This document shows positions 20,950 through 33,692 of a stretch of DNA of 64,000 nt, in pieces. Position numbers and translations under genes: made by a program. The stretch's first letter is position 1; each line of letters begins with the position of its first letter. The notes below the pieces were generated by a model. The model saw only the letters and a program-made list of their open reading frames with translations. It had not been told where the DNA came from and made no database searches. The stretch is from Amphiscolops sp. MND2022 (taxonomy: Eukaryota). The stretch lies in the NCBI GenBank assembly GCA_964187785.1, contig OZ076409.1, positions 49,602,001 through 49,666,000 on the forward strand. Direction: 5' to 3'.

Positions 20950-23831
20950 TCATCGTCCCAGGTTTGGACGAAACAATCGTGCGTCGTCGCACTGCTGACA
21001 AACAATACGCTGTACTCGCGAAAGGCAGATTTCTGAGCAACAACCGAACGCAGTACTCGAGGAAACAGGGCTTGACAAATCAGCGACTAGAGCAGAACAG
21101 TACAATGAGCCTACAAATAAACTTGACGCATCTAACAAAAAAAATAATAAAAATAAAAAGGGGAAAGAGAAACTCAACAATTGACACACAAAAGCCAAGA
21201 CACCTTACGAAAATAACACACCAAGGTCTCGGCGCGACTCCACTTCAATCTGAACAATGGATCTTCTGAACCCAGAGTGGCACCGAAGCACCCCCACTAC
21301 TTTCTCAGAAAGGTGTAGCTACTACCGCTTCGAAATAGTTCCAACAGTCAATTGATCAAGATCGGGACTTAGGAATCAACACGGGTACATGCAGGCAAAA
21401 GATCTTCTGGAAAACTGAATCCGTCCGCCTACCCCTTACACGGACGATTCATGTAGTCCTCCACTTGGGCCTCACCCAGTTCCATGGGCCCATTAGCCGA
21501 TTTAACACAGGCTGATTGTGTTGCTCCCAGTACGTCACGATCAACTGCTAAAGACGTTTCCCAAGAAGTGACGCCCAAACTCGGACGCCTAAGCCAATCC
21601 ATCGTTACATCCCGGTGACATATCATACAGAAGAATGCCTTATCGGATCCAGTGCTAGAACCATTTACGAACAACTGGTAGATGGGATGGTCACCGACCA
21701 TGTCTCGGCGGAGGCGATTTTGTGAACTCCAGACCCTCCTTCGCTGTCGCTGTGGTGCTGCAACTCCTTCAAAACTAGTCTCAGCTTGAGACGCAAGCTC
21801 CTGGAAACCTACAAAGCCCAAAACGCTACCTTTTACGCAATGGAACAATCAAAGGAAAGACCTATAAAAAACAAAAATAGCGGATTACAAAGCCCCTCCT
21901 ACGACGAGATGAAATCAAGAAAATAAAACACACACAAAACTAACGTGTCATCATAGTCCGACTTTCCCACTCTGACGCCAAATTCTCTCCTAGTTTCACA
22001 GCCTGTTGAGGTGTACAAGGTAACCCAGTCGCCCCAACTGCATCACTGTCGCTGCTGACGAGGTCAAATCGCAACGTACGAGAAGCCACTTTCGATGTGG
22101 CACCATCCTAAACACTGCGATAGCGCAGCAGCCTCGATGAAGTCGGTTGGGCACAACCTTCACTAGGGGGCAGTACAACACCTACACACATACTACCCAT
22201 TACGTGATATTCAAAAACAACACAAACACTCACAGGAAAAAAAAAGAAGAAGGGCAACAAAATATCAGCAAATAATGAAAAACAAATTACACTAACCACG
22301 ATCAACCACAGCACCAGATGTCTGTTCTCCAAAGCTCTGTATAAAGTTTGGCAAGAATGATGAAATTTGTGGCGAAACAGTTTTATGGTCACACACATTC
22401 ACAGTCGAGCTGCTTGCTTCCCCACCTAAGTGCGGCTCTATTCTTGCAGAGGGGGGAAGACATGAGGTCGTCGCAGCCCACTAAACAACTGACACAAAGG
22501 AACATCAAGAGGATCAGCAGAGATAGGCGTAGTCTTTGGGTCTGCAGCCCTGTCAGCAGAAAACACAAGAACAGACTCCCGAAGTGTTGCACCCCCAACA
22601 GGATCAGTAAAGGCCGAAAGAGGCTCAAGGACAACAGCAGAAAAATTTGCAGGAAGAGAAGCATCACCGGGAACTACAGAAGACTCAGCAAAAGAAACCG
22701 CCGGACCAACACCTGAAACATCATTCCCAAATCGACGCGTCAGAATATCTAAGCTGTGGAAATACGAAACTGAAAAGGCCTATCTGTAAGAAGTATTCTT
22801 CGCGCAAAAGCTTAATGGATCGGCGAATGACAATGTTACAAGAAGTAGGCTGTGAGGTCAAGGCGTCGGCATCACTTTCTCGAATATCTTCCGCCGAGAA
22901 AAAAAACCGAGTCTCATTGCCGCTCTGGAGTTAACACGGCGCAGAGATGACTTTTAAACAGCAATCTGGAAAAAAAAGAGCTGAAAAAAGAAATTGATGT
23001 CAGCAAAACGTGACAATAAAGAGGTTAGCAAAACGCTAACAAAAAGCGACGTCTCAAAGTGGTGACAAATATTGGAGTTAGCTAGCGAAATTGACTTCAG
23101 CAAAACGTTGACAACTTCGGCTTAGCGAATTATTTAATTTGCAGCCAATAAAAACGAGACGTTCGCATAACGTCAACACCTGGAATGAAAAGGATTAAGG
23201 GAATTATAAGCCAATCAAAATGAAGGGATTTATCTCAACAATTCTACTAATCCTTTTATAAGCCTAAAGTAATTGTCAAATAATCGACAACGGAAATCCA
23301 CAGCTTGGCATTCCCCAAACTCTGCGAAATAAAAATGAATTTCTACAGAGGCACATATGAACTAGTTGACATCTTTTCGAGCGACGAAGAAGGAATGATA
23401 GAGAGAGCCTCTACCCCTCTCCTTAGATGTGAAATCCTTAACTATCGTGTGGTGTTGGAGATACCTCTTTCCCCTGCTGAAGCCACAGTAGAACAGGAAG
23501 AATGTTTCGAGCTATCTCTGGAATCTCTCAAAGCAGACCGTAAAAGGATGAAGCTAAGTCTAAGCTATGAATTCATAAGATGTGGAGAACTCTCGGACGT
23601 GGAAGACGAATCCATTATTGTAGTAAAAGGACAAACAGCTATCGAAGAATCTGTGTCGAGCAGCAGATCATTGGAATTCCTAGAACTAGTCGACCGAGAA
23701 AATTTCAGCTTTTTTCGTGCTTAGAAAAGGCAAAAAGTGTCCCTGAAAACTCAAGCATCAGTATAGCCGTTTCCCAGCAATACTTTCATACCTTTTACGC
23801 GGGAGAACTGCACCACCCAAGAGAGTGGCCC
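20950..23831 (+). mobile_element. 3' internal remnant of a gypsy-family LTR retrotransposon, carrying a decayed antisense zinc-finger gene
   Basis: Ends in purine-rich AAGAGAGTGGCCC directly before the LTR start TGTCACAGC at 23832; minus-strand fragments FFCMICHRDV...EFGRHF with frameshifts and stops. Confidence 0.5.
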
Positions 23832-26140
23832 TGTCACAGCTCCCGGTCTGGCATGTAGCTGTAGAAGAGTAGGCATCGGAAGGGGAAATGGCTGCGGACT
23901 TAGGTTTCCAAGGTGGTATTTCAATTGTTAAACTTGGATCTCATTTTAAAATAAACTGTGACTAGTAACTAGGAACATACGTCCATCTTGCGAAAAATAT
24001 CTAATGAAAATGAATATTGGGAACTAATCAGACTAAAATGATTTCATGCATTTTCGCTAGGACGTTTAAGCCACGACGGAAATATGCTCATTACCACAAC
24101 TAAACCATCATTTTGAGAAAAGAACATTTTAAACGATTAGTTAAAAGTACCATAACCAAAACTACATGAACCAAAAGACATTACGCAAATCTAAAGTTCA
24201 AAAACACTAGGAAGTTAGGCTTCAGAACGTTCACGTTTCGTCAAAACAAGGCTAGCTATTTGCCTTTGAACAGCAATTAGTGTCATTCAAAACGACGGTA
24301 ATGCGCTAAGTAAACAAAGATGGCAGTGAGAACAAACAAATGCGTGACGTCACAAAGCCGTAGACAAGTTTGAAAAAATGCTTAGTGACGTCACGGTCCC
24401 GTCTATGCTGACTAGAACATCATCCCATTCATCCGCCAGTACAACGTCACTGAATTAGCAGCTAACTAGAAAATCATTTCAAATATCCGCCAGGATGGCG
24501 TCACGGCCTTGGCAGCTAGCTAGACGTTCGTTCTAAAAACTCGTCAGCATTGCATCAACCTAGTCAAGCTATCAGATATGCCAGGAAAACACGTCAACAT
24601 GACGTTGACAAGTTTATGAAAACAATTGAATTAGACGCTATTAAATTTAAAATATCTATCCTTTGGTAAGGAAAAGTAAGGACTTCCCAATACTAAGCAG
24701 GTACAACAATTAGTCTTGATATAGCAGTTTAGTTTTCTTTTTTCACCTCTAGAGTTTCATAACTGTAGTAAGGAGTGTTAATACGTTTTCCAACATAGAT
24801 TTGCGTCCACTCTCTGTCGACAACTGCATTGACAATAGTTTTTGGTCAATACCTTAAGTAGACGAAATTAAAGTCACAGATTATTTTTGATATAGTAATG
24901 CAAACAGTTGTTCGCAAGGTTTGCGGCGCGATTTGTCCACCTACCTATTAATGTTATAGATTTTGATGAGTATTTGTCCTGAATATGATATGTGCATTTT
25001 ATAACGTTTAGTATTCCAATTTTTTTTACAAGATGCAGTATTTTATTACTACAAATATTTTTTTGCAATATTTGTTGCTAATAATTATACTTGTTATTTC
25101 GTTGATTAGCGTTCCTATTTGTTGACGCTGTTACGTCGTTAATTTGTGACTTCTCCCAACAGATCAAAATTTGTGGATGGTAATTGAACGTGAATTAAGC
25201 CCTTATTTGAGTGCTGTTAATTTCGCTCTCCTTGCCTCTTCCCAAAGAATCATTATCCAGATTAGTCATATTTTTCATCGAGCTAATTCTCAAAATCGAA
25301 TATTAGTTGTTCACGTCAGTGTCATCTCAGTGTCAATTTTCCCGCGAACCAAAGCAGTAAAACAGGGAATAATTTCCGGTTTGTTAGACTGAAGTAAAAT
25401 CTACTTCCTGCTTGGTAGGAAACAAAAGGACGCTGGAATGAAGTAATACGGTCATGTTTGACGAATGATGCTAAATTGGAGTTTCCGTGTCTTAAAATTT
25501 GACGATATGTTGACGCAAGTTGAGGTTCAATATGATTTTTTCATAGAAAAATCAGGAAATTACTAATTATCCGAGGGAAATTAGAGATTCATTCGTGATC
25601 AAATGATGCTAGGAGGGTATAATTATGAAATGTAGCAATGTTTGAGGGACTCAGTCTTTTTGGTGAAACCAGTTGAATTGCTTTTGCTAAGTCTACTATC
25701 ATTTTTTTCAACAACAAAACACTGAAATTCAATTCAGAATTGGGACAAAACTTTCTTCAAAGATGTCAACGACTAGAATCCAAAAGAGGAGAAGTATCCA
25801 ACAGGAGGACACCGAAAATATAAGTGGAGGCTTGATTTCACCAGTTTTGGTAGGAGATGAGGTTCAAGTAGACCAAGATGTGATGATCGCAGGCCCATCG
25901 AGCACAAAATCCCCCAGGATTAGGAACAGCATCTTTGAGAATTTAAGAGCTTCTTTAAAAGACGAAATCACGTCGGAGATTAAAACCCTCCTCGCAGAAC
26001 CCCAGAAAGAGATACTGAAGTTACTAAAACCTAAAACAAATGAAGATTTCAGAAAAGAACCTGAAGTTCAACTGGAAAACGAAACGAGGAGAAAGGAAAC
26101 GATTCTACCCAAAACAACGAACTACACGCTAGTCATAACA
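23832..26140 (+). mobile_element. ~2.3-kb LTR (probable 3' LTR) containing the gag N-terminus
   Basis: Starts TGTCACAGC, ends AGTCATAACA; homologous in blocks to the reverse complement of 51313-53653; contains ORF MSTTRIQKRR... from 25763. Confidence 0.75.
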
Positions 26141-26559
26141 AGGTTTGTTCTGAATGTTTCCAAGGAGTAGATTATCAACAACTTCAAGAAGAAGAATCCT
26201 TTCATCAATTTGAAAAGTGCCAGAAGGAACTTTAAAAACATTTATGCTGAACTCTTAAAATTTTCAATTTCTCTGGTTTTCATTTTTGGTATGTTTTTGA
26301 GTGTAACCATCTCCACAGACTCAATTTTTAGTTCGTGAAAATGTTTTTTTTGATGAAGATGCTTGAAATGAATTGAATGTTGCCAGTTTTAAAATTTGTG
26401 GGATCTTGGTGTAAGAATAGGAAATCGCCCCTGTTCGATTCTGTATCAAGTCCAAATCTCCAACCCATCAATGTTGGGCCTCGAGCAAGTTATTCGTAAC
26501 TTATTAGTAGGATTATGGAACAATACGGGAGTGTCTAATGTCTGCGCTATAGCTGAGGC

Positions 26560-27100
26560 TCAAAAACGGCAATGTTTTCAAAATTTGCCAAGAAAGTATT
26601 TATGAAAAGCTCAAAAAACAGTTTCCAGACACCCAAAGGGTGTCTTTCATGCTCGGAATCTACTTACTCCTACCTGGGAACAAAACAAAACTTTTATTTG
26701 AATAAAAAATTCAAATTTTTTCCCTCGGAAAAAATCGCATTGATCCAAAAACCCTAAAAGGGGGACCCTTTGGGATTTATCAACATTCTGTTGCAAAATA
26801 TCAGATAACGCGAAGGGGGATGATGTGAGACATTAGAAAAATTCGAAAAAAAATTCACACAGAGCCGAACAAAATCGAAAGGGGGCCCTTTAGTCTCGTC
26901 TGGTTTTGTAGGTTACGTTAAATGTTTGAAAAATTAAAGGGGGGACCCTTCGCAGTAAGTTTCCGCTGACCGGACTTGGCATCAGTTCTAGTAGTTTCTG
27001 TAAAAATTGGAAATTTCAGTGTGAGGTCTGTGTTCTGAAGCAAAAAACGGTCACTGTAAGAGTCGCAAAAGGAAAATGCGCCGACTAAAAACGCCTCGAG
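26560..27100. repeat. Dispersed GGGACCCTTT / AAAAAGTCTCACAATGCC-type repeat family (also ~32330-32670, 38880-39240, 54560-55030, 57150-58110, 59930-60090)
   Basis: Recurrent motifs GAAAGGGGGACCCTTT and AAAAAGTC(T)CACAATGCC with similar terminal blocks; boundaries approximate. Confidence 0.6.
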
Positions 27101-29587
27101 CATGTGAACGTCGGACCTTAGCCCATAGCCGACCATTGCTTGACCGCTTGGTAGCAACTGTTATCGTAGCTTGGAGAGGAAAGGAGGAAGCTATGCTGCT
27201 CATTTGGCATTTGAGTCGTTTCAAAATACGACTGAGTTAACAAATTTTGGTAACAAAAATTGAAATTAGTTCACACATCCACAGAAACCAAAAACAAACT
27301 TTTCAGAAAATTAGCAAACTACTGCATAGAAAAAAGCCTTGAATATAGCCTTGAACTACAGCATGAATATAAAATTTCTTCATTATATAGCGCAAAATTG
27401 ATCACTGTACATCATTACACCGCCTTTTATTCTTCTCAGACCTAAAGAAAATATAACTATTGAGCGTAGACGAAGCTTCGATCCACATTTGAATGCATGC
27501 GAAGCTCTCGGCCAACGAGTATTTCACACAAGTTCGCTATATCTCAACAACTCGCCGTACGAAAGCATAATTATGAATAAACGATCGTTACATCTCGCTG
27601 AATTCAGCATACCAATGCATAAGTACTTGCTCATTTGGTTGCACGAGAAGTGAATTGTCGTTGGCAGCTTATGAAACTTAAATCTCACCTTTATACTCAA
27701 TACCGAACAAAATATCCAAGTTTTTCAGTAAGTACTCGGATCGCGAACACAAATCGGCTGAGAAAAGGTGCCATTGCAGGTTTCTATACTATTCCTGCAA
27801 TCGCAGAAATAATGAAATAGGTGGTTTTTTGGTCCAAGATGAATCAAAATTTGCTCTTCGAACTTCCTTGCGTTTTTATAGTGCATTGGCTCCTTTCGAG
27901 CCTTTTTTATTGTGGTTGTAGAACTGATTGGATCGGAAGATTTCTCGCTGCTCAGCGGGCGTTTTGTATTTGAACATTTCTTCCAGGTGGTGGTGGGTCC
28001 CAAGTGACCGCGGGAAATGGTTTTTGTCATTTTGTGAAGAACCTATTTTGCCATAACTTGTCCGACAATCACGAATGCTTCAGCTGCTTTTCGTTGGCTA
28101 GTGAAGTCTGTACTGCAGGTGTTACTTTTGCTTCAATTTTGATTCGAAAGGCAGATATCTCTCTGTGCAGCAAATAGCCTGATTGGTTCCCAGTGGATCT
28201 TTTGTGTCTTTTCGTTCAGTATTATTCCTGCAATCGCAAAAAAAATCAAACGGACAGTTTTTAGGATGTTTGAAATTTTCATTGGAATGTAAGGAGGAAA
28301 AACGTTACGAGTGAATAAACAGTCGAAATTTTTCCTACTTCTAAAAATATGTCCAAATGAATTAAAGAGTCAATTTTTTGCAACTTTTGGAATTTCAGTA
28401 GCAAGTTCGTAGATAATGTTTGAGCCTTAAAAATTTGTTTTCACTGATATTGTTCGGACAATTTCTCATACGAGGTGTCTTTTTTTTCTGAACGCGAATC
28501 CCATTTTGTCAGTTTCCAAAGTTTCTAGAAGCGGTTGGAAAGCTAGGAAGTACGTATGAAGTATTGGAATTAGCCCAATTCATTTCTTGCAGATGTAGAG
28601 GGAAGACAAAAGGGTACCTCCTTTGGGGGTTTCAGCGAGTGAATTTTCTTTCGAAAAACTTTCACTGGAAAATCCTTTTTGTGCAACTTAGGAAGAAGAA
28701 GCGTTTTGCTAGCCTAGATGGCCCGTTCGTGTTTTTTGGTACTGTGCAATTTGTTACGAAAATCAGAACCAATGTTGGTCATTTACTTATATGCCAATTA
28801 CATGGTAAATGAAGTTTGCTCGTATTTAATTGGTGGTAAAGATGAGCCTGATGCTCTGCTAATCTTGAAATGCCACAGGAATGGGATGCATCTATCAAGC
28901 ATTGCGATAAGCATTCAACATTGAAAAATATGCTCACAGGTTTTTCGGCACTGTGCAATTTTTCGAAATTGTTCAACTTTGGCTATTTCCTTATTTGGCA
29001 TTTGCATAGTAAATGAAAATAGCTTGTAGTTCATTAGCGGTCAAAGATGGCGACCAGGATGAGCCTGATGTTCTGCGAATATTGAAAATGACGCAGCCAA
29101 CTCTTTGGGACTTTTGTCTTTTAAAAATAGGCCCCTCCGGGGCACACTATTTCTGCTTTAATCGTTCATTAATAATAGAATCATATCTGGAATACCAACA
29201 CAATCCTGCTTAATCATTATATAGCGCACAATTAGCCACTGTACCAGTTTATATCGCCTTTAAATCTCAGATTATATTCGAGAAAGTTTGCCCAATAAAA
29301 TTTATTCAACTCTTCAATTGGAAAACTATAGATGTAAAGATCATATATAGAAAACAACTATTGATACAATCTTGATATTGGCAAGTCAGAATAATGATTT
29401 ATTCAACATAAAACTTGAAAAGTTCAACCTTATTTTTCATTAAATGAACACCGGGTGCTTTTGAATGATGTCCTGAAACTTTTCTTCAGGAATGTCTCAA
29501 ACCCAAGTAATTGTAATCAAAGCCTCTGAATATTCAACAGAATTTGTCAATCAACTGAAAAGTTTTTGATTTATATATTCTTCTTCA

Positions 29588-32239
29588 TTAATTTTCTCTA
29601 AATGTAGGGTACTCGTCTGTACATCGATCTCCCAAAACTTCCTCCGGAGGCACCAACTTACTCAATTGATCAACTTCTTCAGCTGAGAGAACGATATCTT
29701 TCGCTTTCCAATTTTCCTCGAACTCTTCGACTCTACATGCTCCTGGAATCGTACACACATCTTCTCCTTGAGCCAGTACCCACGCAATAGCAACTTGAGC
29801 AGGGGTGTATCCTCTTTGCAACGCAAACTTCTGGACCCTTTCGAAAAATACTTTATTCTTTTCGAAATTTTCAGCACTGAAACGTGGCAGCTGTTGTCTC
29901 CAATCACCATCTTGGAACTGGTCATGAGATTTCACGGCACCTGTGAACATTCCTTGTCCCAATGGTGAATAGGCAACTATTGTGATTCCAAGTTCGCGGC
30001 ACTTCGGGATAACTGATGCCTCGCCATCGCGAGTCCACAATGACCACTCAACTTGGACAGCACTTATTGGGTGGATCTTGTGAGCAGCCTCGATGGTTTT
30101 GGCAGACGCTTCACTCAAGCCTATATGGAGTATTTTTCCTGGAACGACATAAAAAAGTAATAAACGACATGAAAAAGTCATAAAACATTGGGGATTCGTT
30201 TTCAGCAATTCAATGTAAATACCTGAAAATTCCATTCAGCAATATTGATATTAAAAACTTCAATGAAAATAATTTGGAAGAAAGGAAATATGGCAAGCAT
30301 TTGAAGGAACTTGTGCAATTACACAAGTTCCTTCAAATGCTTGCCATATTTCATATTATTAACAGTGGCTGGTTGATTGGCTTTTTTCGATACAATACAA
30401 GGACGATTTTCCAATCAATGATTATACGATGCACAATAATGTGCCATTCAGGAATACAAGCACTCCATTTTCATGGTACACGGCAACAAACAACTTGGTT
30501 AACTGAATTGGCAGTGATCATTGTTAGGGACCCATCATGAAACCATTTCCAAAATGTTTTCAACCCACTTTCGAAATAACTTTTGCCGGTTTGCCTATCC
30601 TGACGGTAATTCACTGCGCTACAGCTATGATTCTGGTAATTGAAAGTAACCGAGCTTTGATATGTAACAATCATCCATAATCATCTGCTCTTGATTTGCA
30701 CGAAGCTTTCTCCAGGCCAAATGCATGGATGGGAGACCTCATGAAAACCCTGGATTTTGATAAAACGATGAATTTGAACAGCTGAAGCATTTTTTTAACA
30801 AACGCACATTTGTAAAATGAAGGCAACAATTTCACATATTCTCATTTCTGTAAGTACCTATTTAGTACTTGAAATTTGTACTTAAAATTGAATTCATTCA
30901 CAGGAGCAGCAAGTATGAATTCAATTATTTTTTTCAAAAAATAGTTAAACAACAACAACAAGTCTAATGAATGATTTAAAAGCATGGAAATTATCACTTT
31001 CAAAGTACTCATTACACAAAACTTTTACAACGAAATTCCCATCTTCCTCTCATCATTCCATATAAGCAATCTCTGACACGATTTTTCCTTTCTAAATGTT
31101 GCAATGTTTTAACTTTTACACAGTGGGGTTTCCACAAAAGTCAATAGAAAATTAGGTTCGCAGCAAAAAAATGTATCGGAGAATTTTTCTTGGAGTTCAA
31201 TGACAAATCAATCCGCTACTTAGCATACTCTCTAATAGGAACATTCCTTTTAAAATAATGCCTAAAATTATCCAAAAATGCAAAAAAAAAATATTTTTTT
31301 TTGCTCAAATTTCGTAATGTTTTAGCTACGCATGAGCCCTTAAAAATGTTGTCTCTAAAAATTGCAGGGCAGAAAATACCCCGAAGCTCAGAGGGCGTCT
31401 TGTTATAATAATAATAACATACAAGTTGGAAACTGACCTGTAGTTGCGCACAATATATAGGCATATACAATCATAGAAGATAAGTTGAAAGAGAAACGGG
31501 AAACATATGTGATGAAATCAGTCGCACATCGGGAGAACAAATAAGGGCATTCGATTATTCTGACCTGAAATGAACACATCAACGTTTGTAGGAAAATGCT
31601 AAGATTTACTCGTGGACTCATGCAAATATTTTTAGAGATACCGGGTCAGAATGATATTAATTACTCGACTTGATTGTTGTTGAGAAATAGATCAACTCAC
31701 TTGATTTCCCATGTCTAGACTCAAAACAACTCACCTTCGCTGACCAGTGCTTTCAACTCTTTCATAGTTTCCTCGATCGGTGTGGCGGTATCAATTCGAT
31801 GCAAGTAAAGTAAGTCGATGTAATCCATTTGCAGCCGTTCCAAACTTTCCAGACATGTTCGACGAACAAAATCTGGTTTGCCACTAATACCAACAATGGC
31901 ATTATTTTCAACGACAAACCCAGTTTTCGTAGCCACAAAAAGTTGAGACCTCGGTGTATCTAAAACAAGAGGTATTTAGCATCGAAACGGTTGGTGTTCG
32001 CTTCAGATTTTTTCTCCAGTTTTAAGGATGATACAATAACCTTTCAAAGCTTCGCCCAAAATCATTTCGCTGATATGAGGTCCGTACATAAGAGCCGTGT
32101 CAAAATGTGTCACCCCAGACGTTAGACAATATTTCAAGAAAGAAACAGCATCATCTTTCGATACATTGGATTGGTAGGCCCAATTAGCCAGTGCGGAACA
32201 GCCAACGCCAAGTTTCGGTAACTTCAACTCCACAGACAT
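29588..32239 (-). CDS. Aldo-keto reductase, 324 aa, AKR13-like (perakine reductase/YakC type); exons 32041-32239, 31735-31959, 29588-30138
   Basis: Two phase-1 GT-AG introns give a continuous 975-nt frame; catalytic tetrad D (HFDTA), Y (LMYG), K (VATKT), H (YLHRID); motifs GKILHIGLSE, QVEWSLWTRD, AYSPLGQG, TPAQVAIAWVL, IPG. Confidence 0.95.
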
Positions 32240-33692
32240 GGTAGTAAATGAACCAAATCTTCTGAAAAAAACGGTCAACAAAACTATCAGCCGTCAATAG
32301 ATTATCCAAGAACAAGCCGAAAATGGTCCCAGTCGGCGCCCCGATTAAGCCTCAAAAAGCCAGAAAAAAATCACTTTTTAAAACGCTTTCGCGCTACTGA
32401 ATCTTGTCAACTGAGAATAAAGTTAAGGGCCTTTGGTGAAATTTTTTGCAAAAAAAGTCGCAGTGTCGACAAACCTCGAGATGGGACTCTTTGCTACTGT
32501 GAAGGCTTATCATGTGGTCCTCGATACATTTTGGCCAAAGCTCGATGACATGAAACGACTGAAAAAGTTGAACAAATTGAACAACAAAGTGGACGCTTCG
32601 ATGTGAGGCTGAGGAAAGTAACTAGTCACTGCAAGTCTTCTTTTTCTTCAAAAAGCACCTACTAAAAACAGAGCTTCAAGGCAGATACCACCACCAATGT
32701 CTGAAAGCTTTCAGCGATCGTGTTATAGCGAAAAGGAATTTGCTAACGAATAATGTATTTCAACGAACTGTATTGTTTAAAGGCAACTCTCGGCAAATGT
32801 TTGACCTTAGCGTCGCTTCGACGAAGCTTGCTGACAGGTACTTTAAAGTTGTTTATGTATGTTCACAGTTGTTATTTGAATTGAAGTGTTAGCATCAATT
32901 TCTGTTTTCAAGTCAAGGCTGTAGCCTCGGTCACATCTCCCCCACTACGAGATGACGGTTAAGTGTACAACAGGTTTATAAATGTAAAGTGTACACATGT
33001 ATAGAACTCAAATGTTATAAAGTATTTGATAAATGTTGTTCATGGAGTTTGAAGGTTCCTTGTTTTACTTCTAAAGTTTCCGGCGTTTTTGCCCTTCTTT
33101 AGTTGTTAACCCGATGGTCGATTTCTTCTTGAGTCATCTCGAAGTTTGGGATATCTTCAAGTTCACGTTCAATGTCCTGTTTAGTTTTTGCTGTGTTCTT
33201 ATCTTCGCTGTCTTTTTCGTCGACTTTGGTTACCATAACATTTTGGCCGAACCAGTTCGGCTTCCTTTTGGTGCGTTGGCTTTGTCTGGATACGCTGCTG
33301 CTTGTATCAGGTGGAGATTGTTTTTCTTCAGTTGTTTCTGCGTTTTGCTTGGTTGTGGTTTCTTGCCACATTGCGTTCTCCTCCTCGTCTGATGAACTTT
33401 CTATCAGTTCGATTGTTTCAGGTGGGTTTTCCTTTTCAGGGCCCTGGGAGTGACTTTTTTGGTCGTGCCTGTTTTCTGGGGGATTTTGTTTTTGGTCTTG
33501 TATTTTTGTCTTCTTTCTTCTTTATAAAAGTTTTTAGTGGTTTGTTTAACTCCCTTTCTTCCCTTTCTTCTGCGTTTTTGAGGGCGGTATTTTTTCGTTC
33601 CAGTGAGTGGCTATTTCCTCTTTTGTTTTTCTGGGTTCTTGTTTTGGGGCTGTGCGACATGCTCTTTTGTTTTGCAACGTCTCTTTTTGCGA

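Noticed and set aside
23832..26140. Interpretation as a solo LTR, or as the partner of the LTR at 51313-53653
   Set aside because: The flanks (GGCCC / AGGTT) give no TSD and a PPT-like tract precedes it. The two LTRs are inverted and clearly diverged, so they are separate insertions.
27725..28245. Possible exons behind a duplicated TGCGATTGCAG|GAATA acceptor on the minus strand
   Set aside because: The frames I read close quickly and show no recognisable protein; I cannot support a gene model.
29588..30235. ORF-track 215-aa AKR starting at 30235
   Set aside because: Its first ~32 codons are intronic; exon 3 starts at 30138 after a CAG acceptor.
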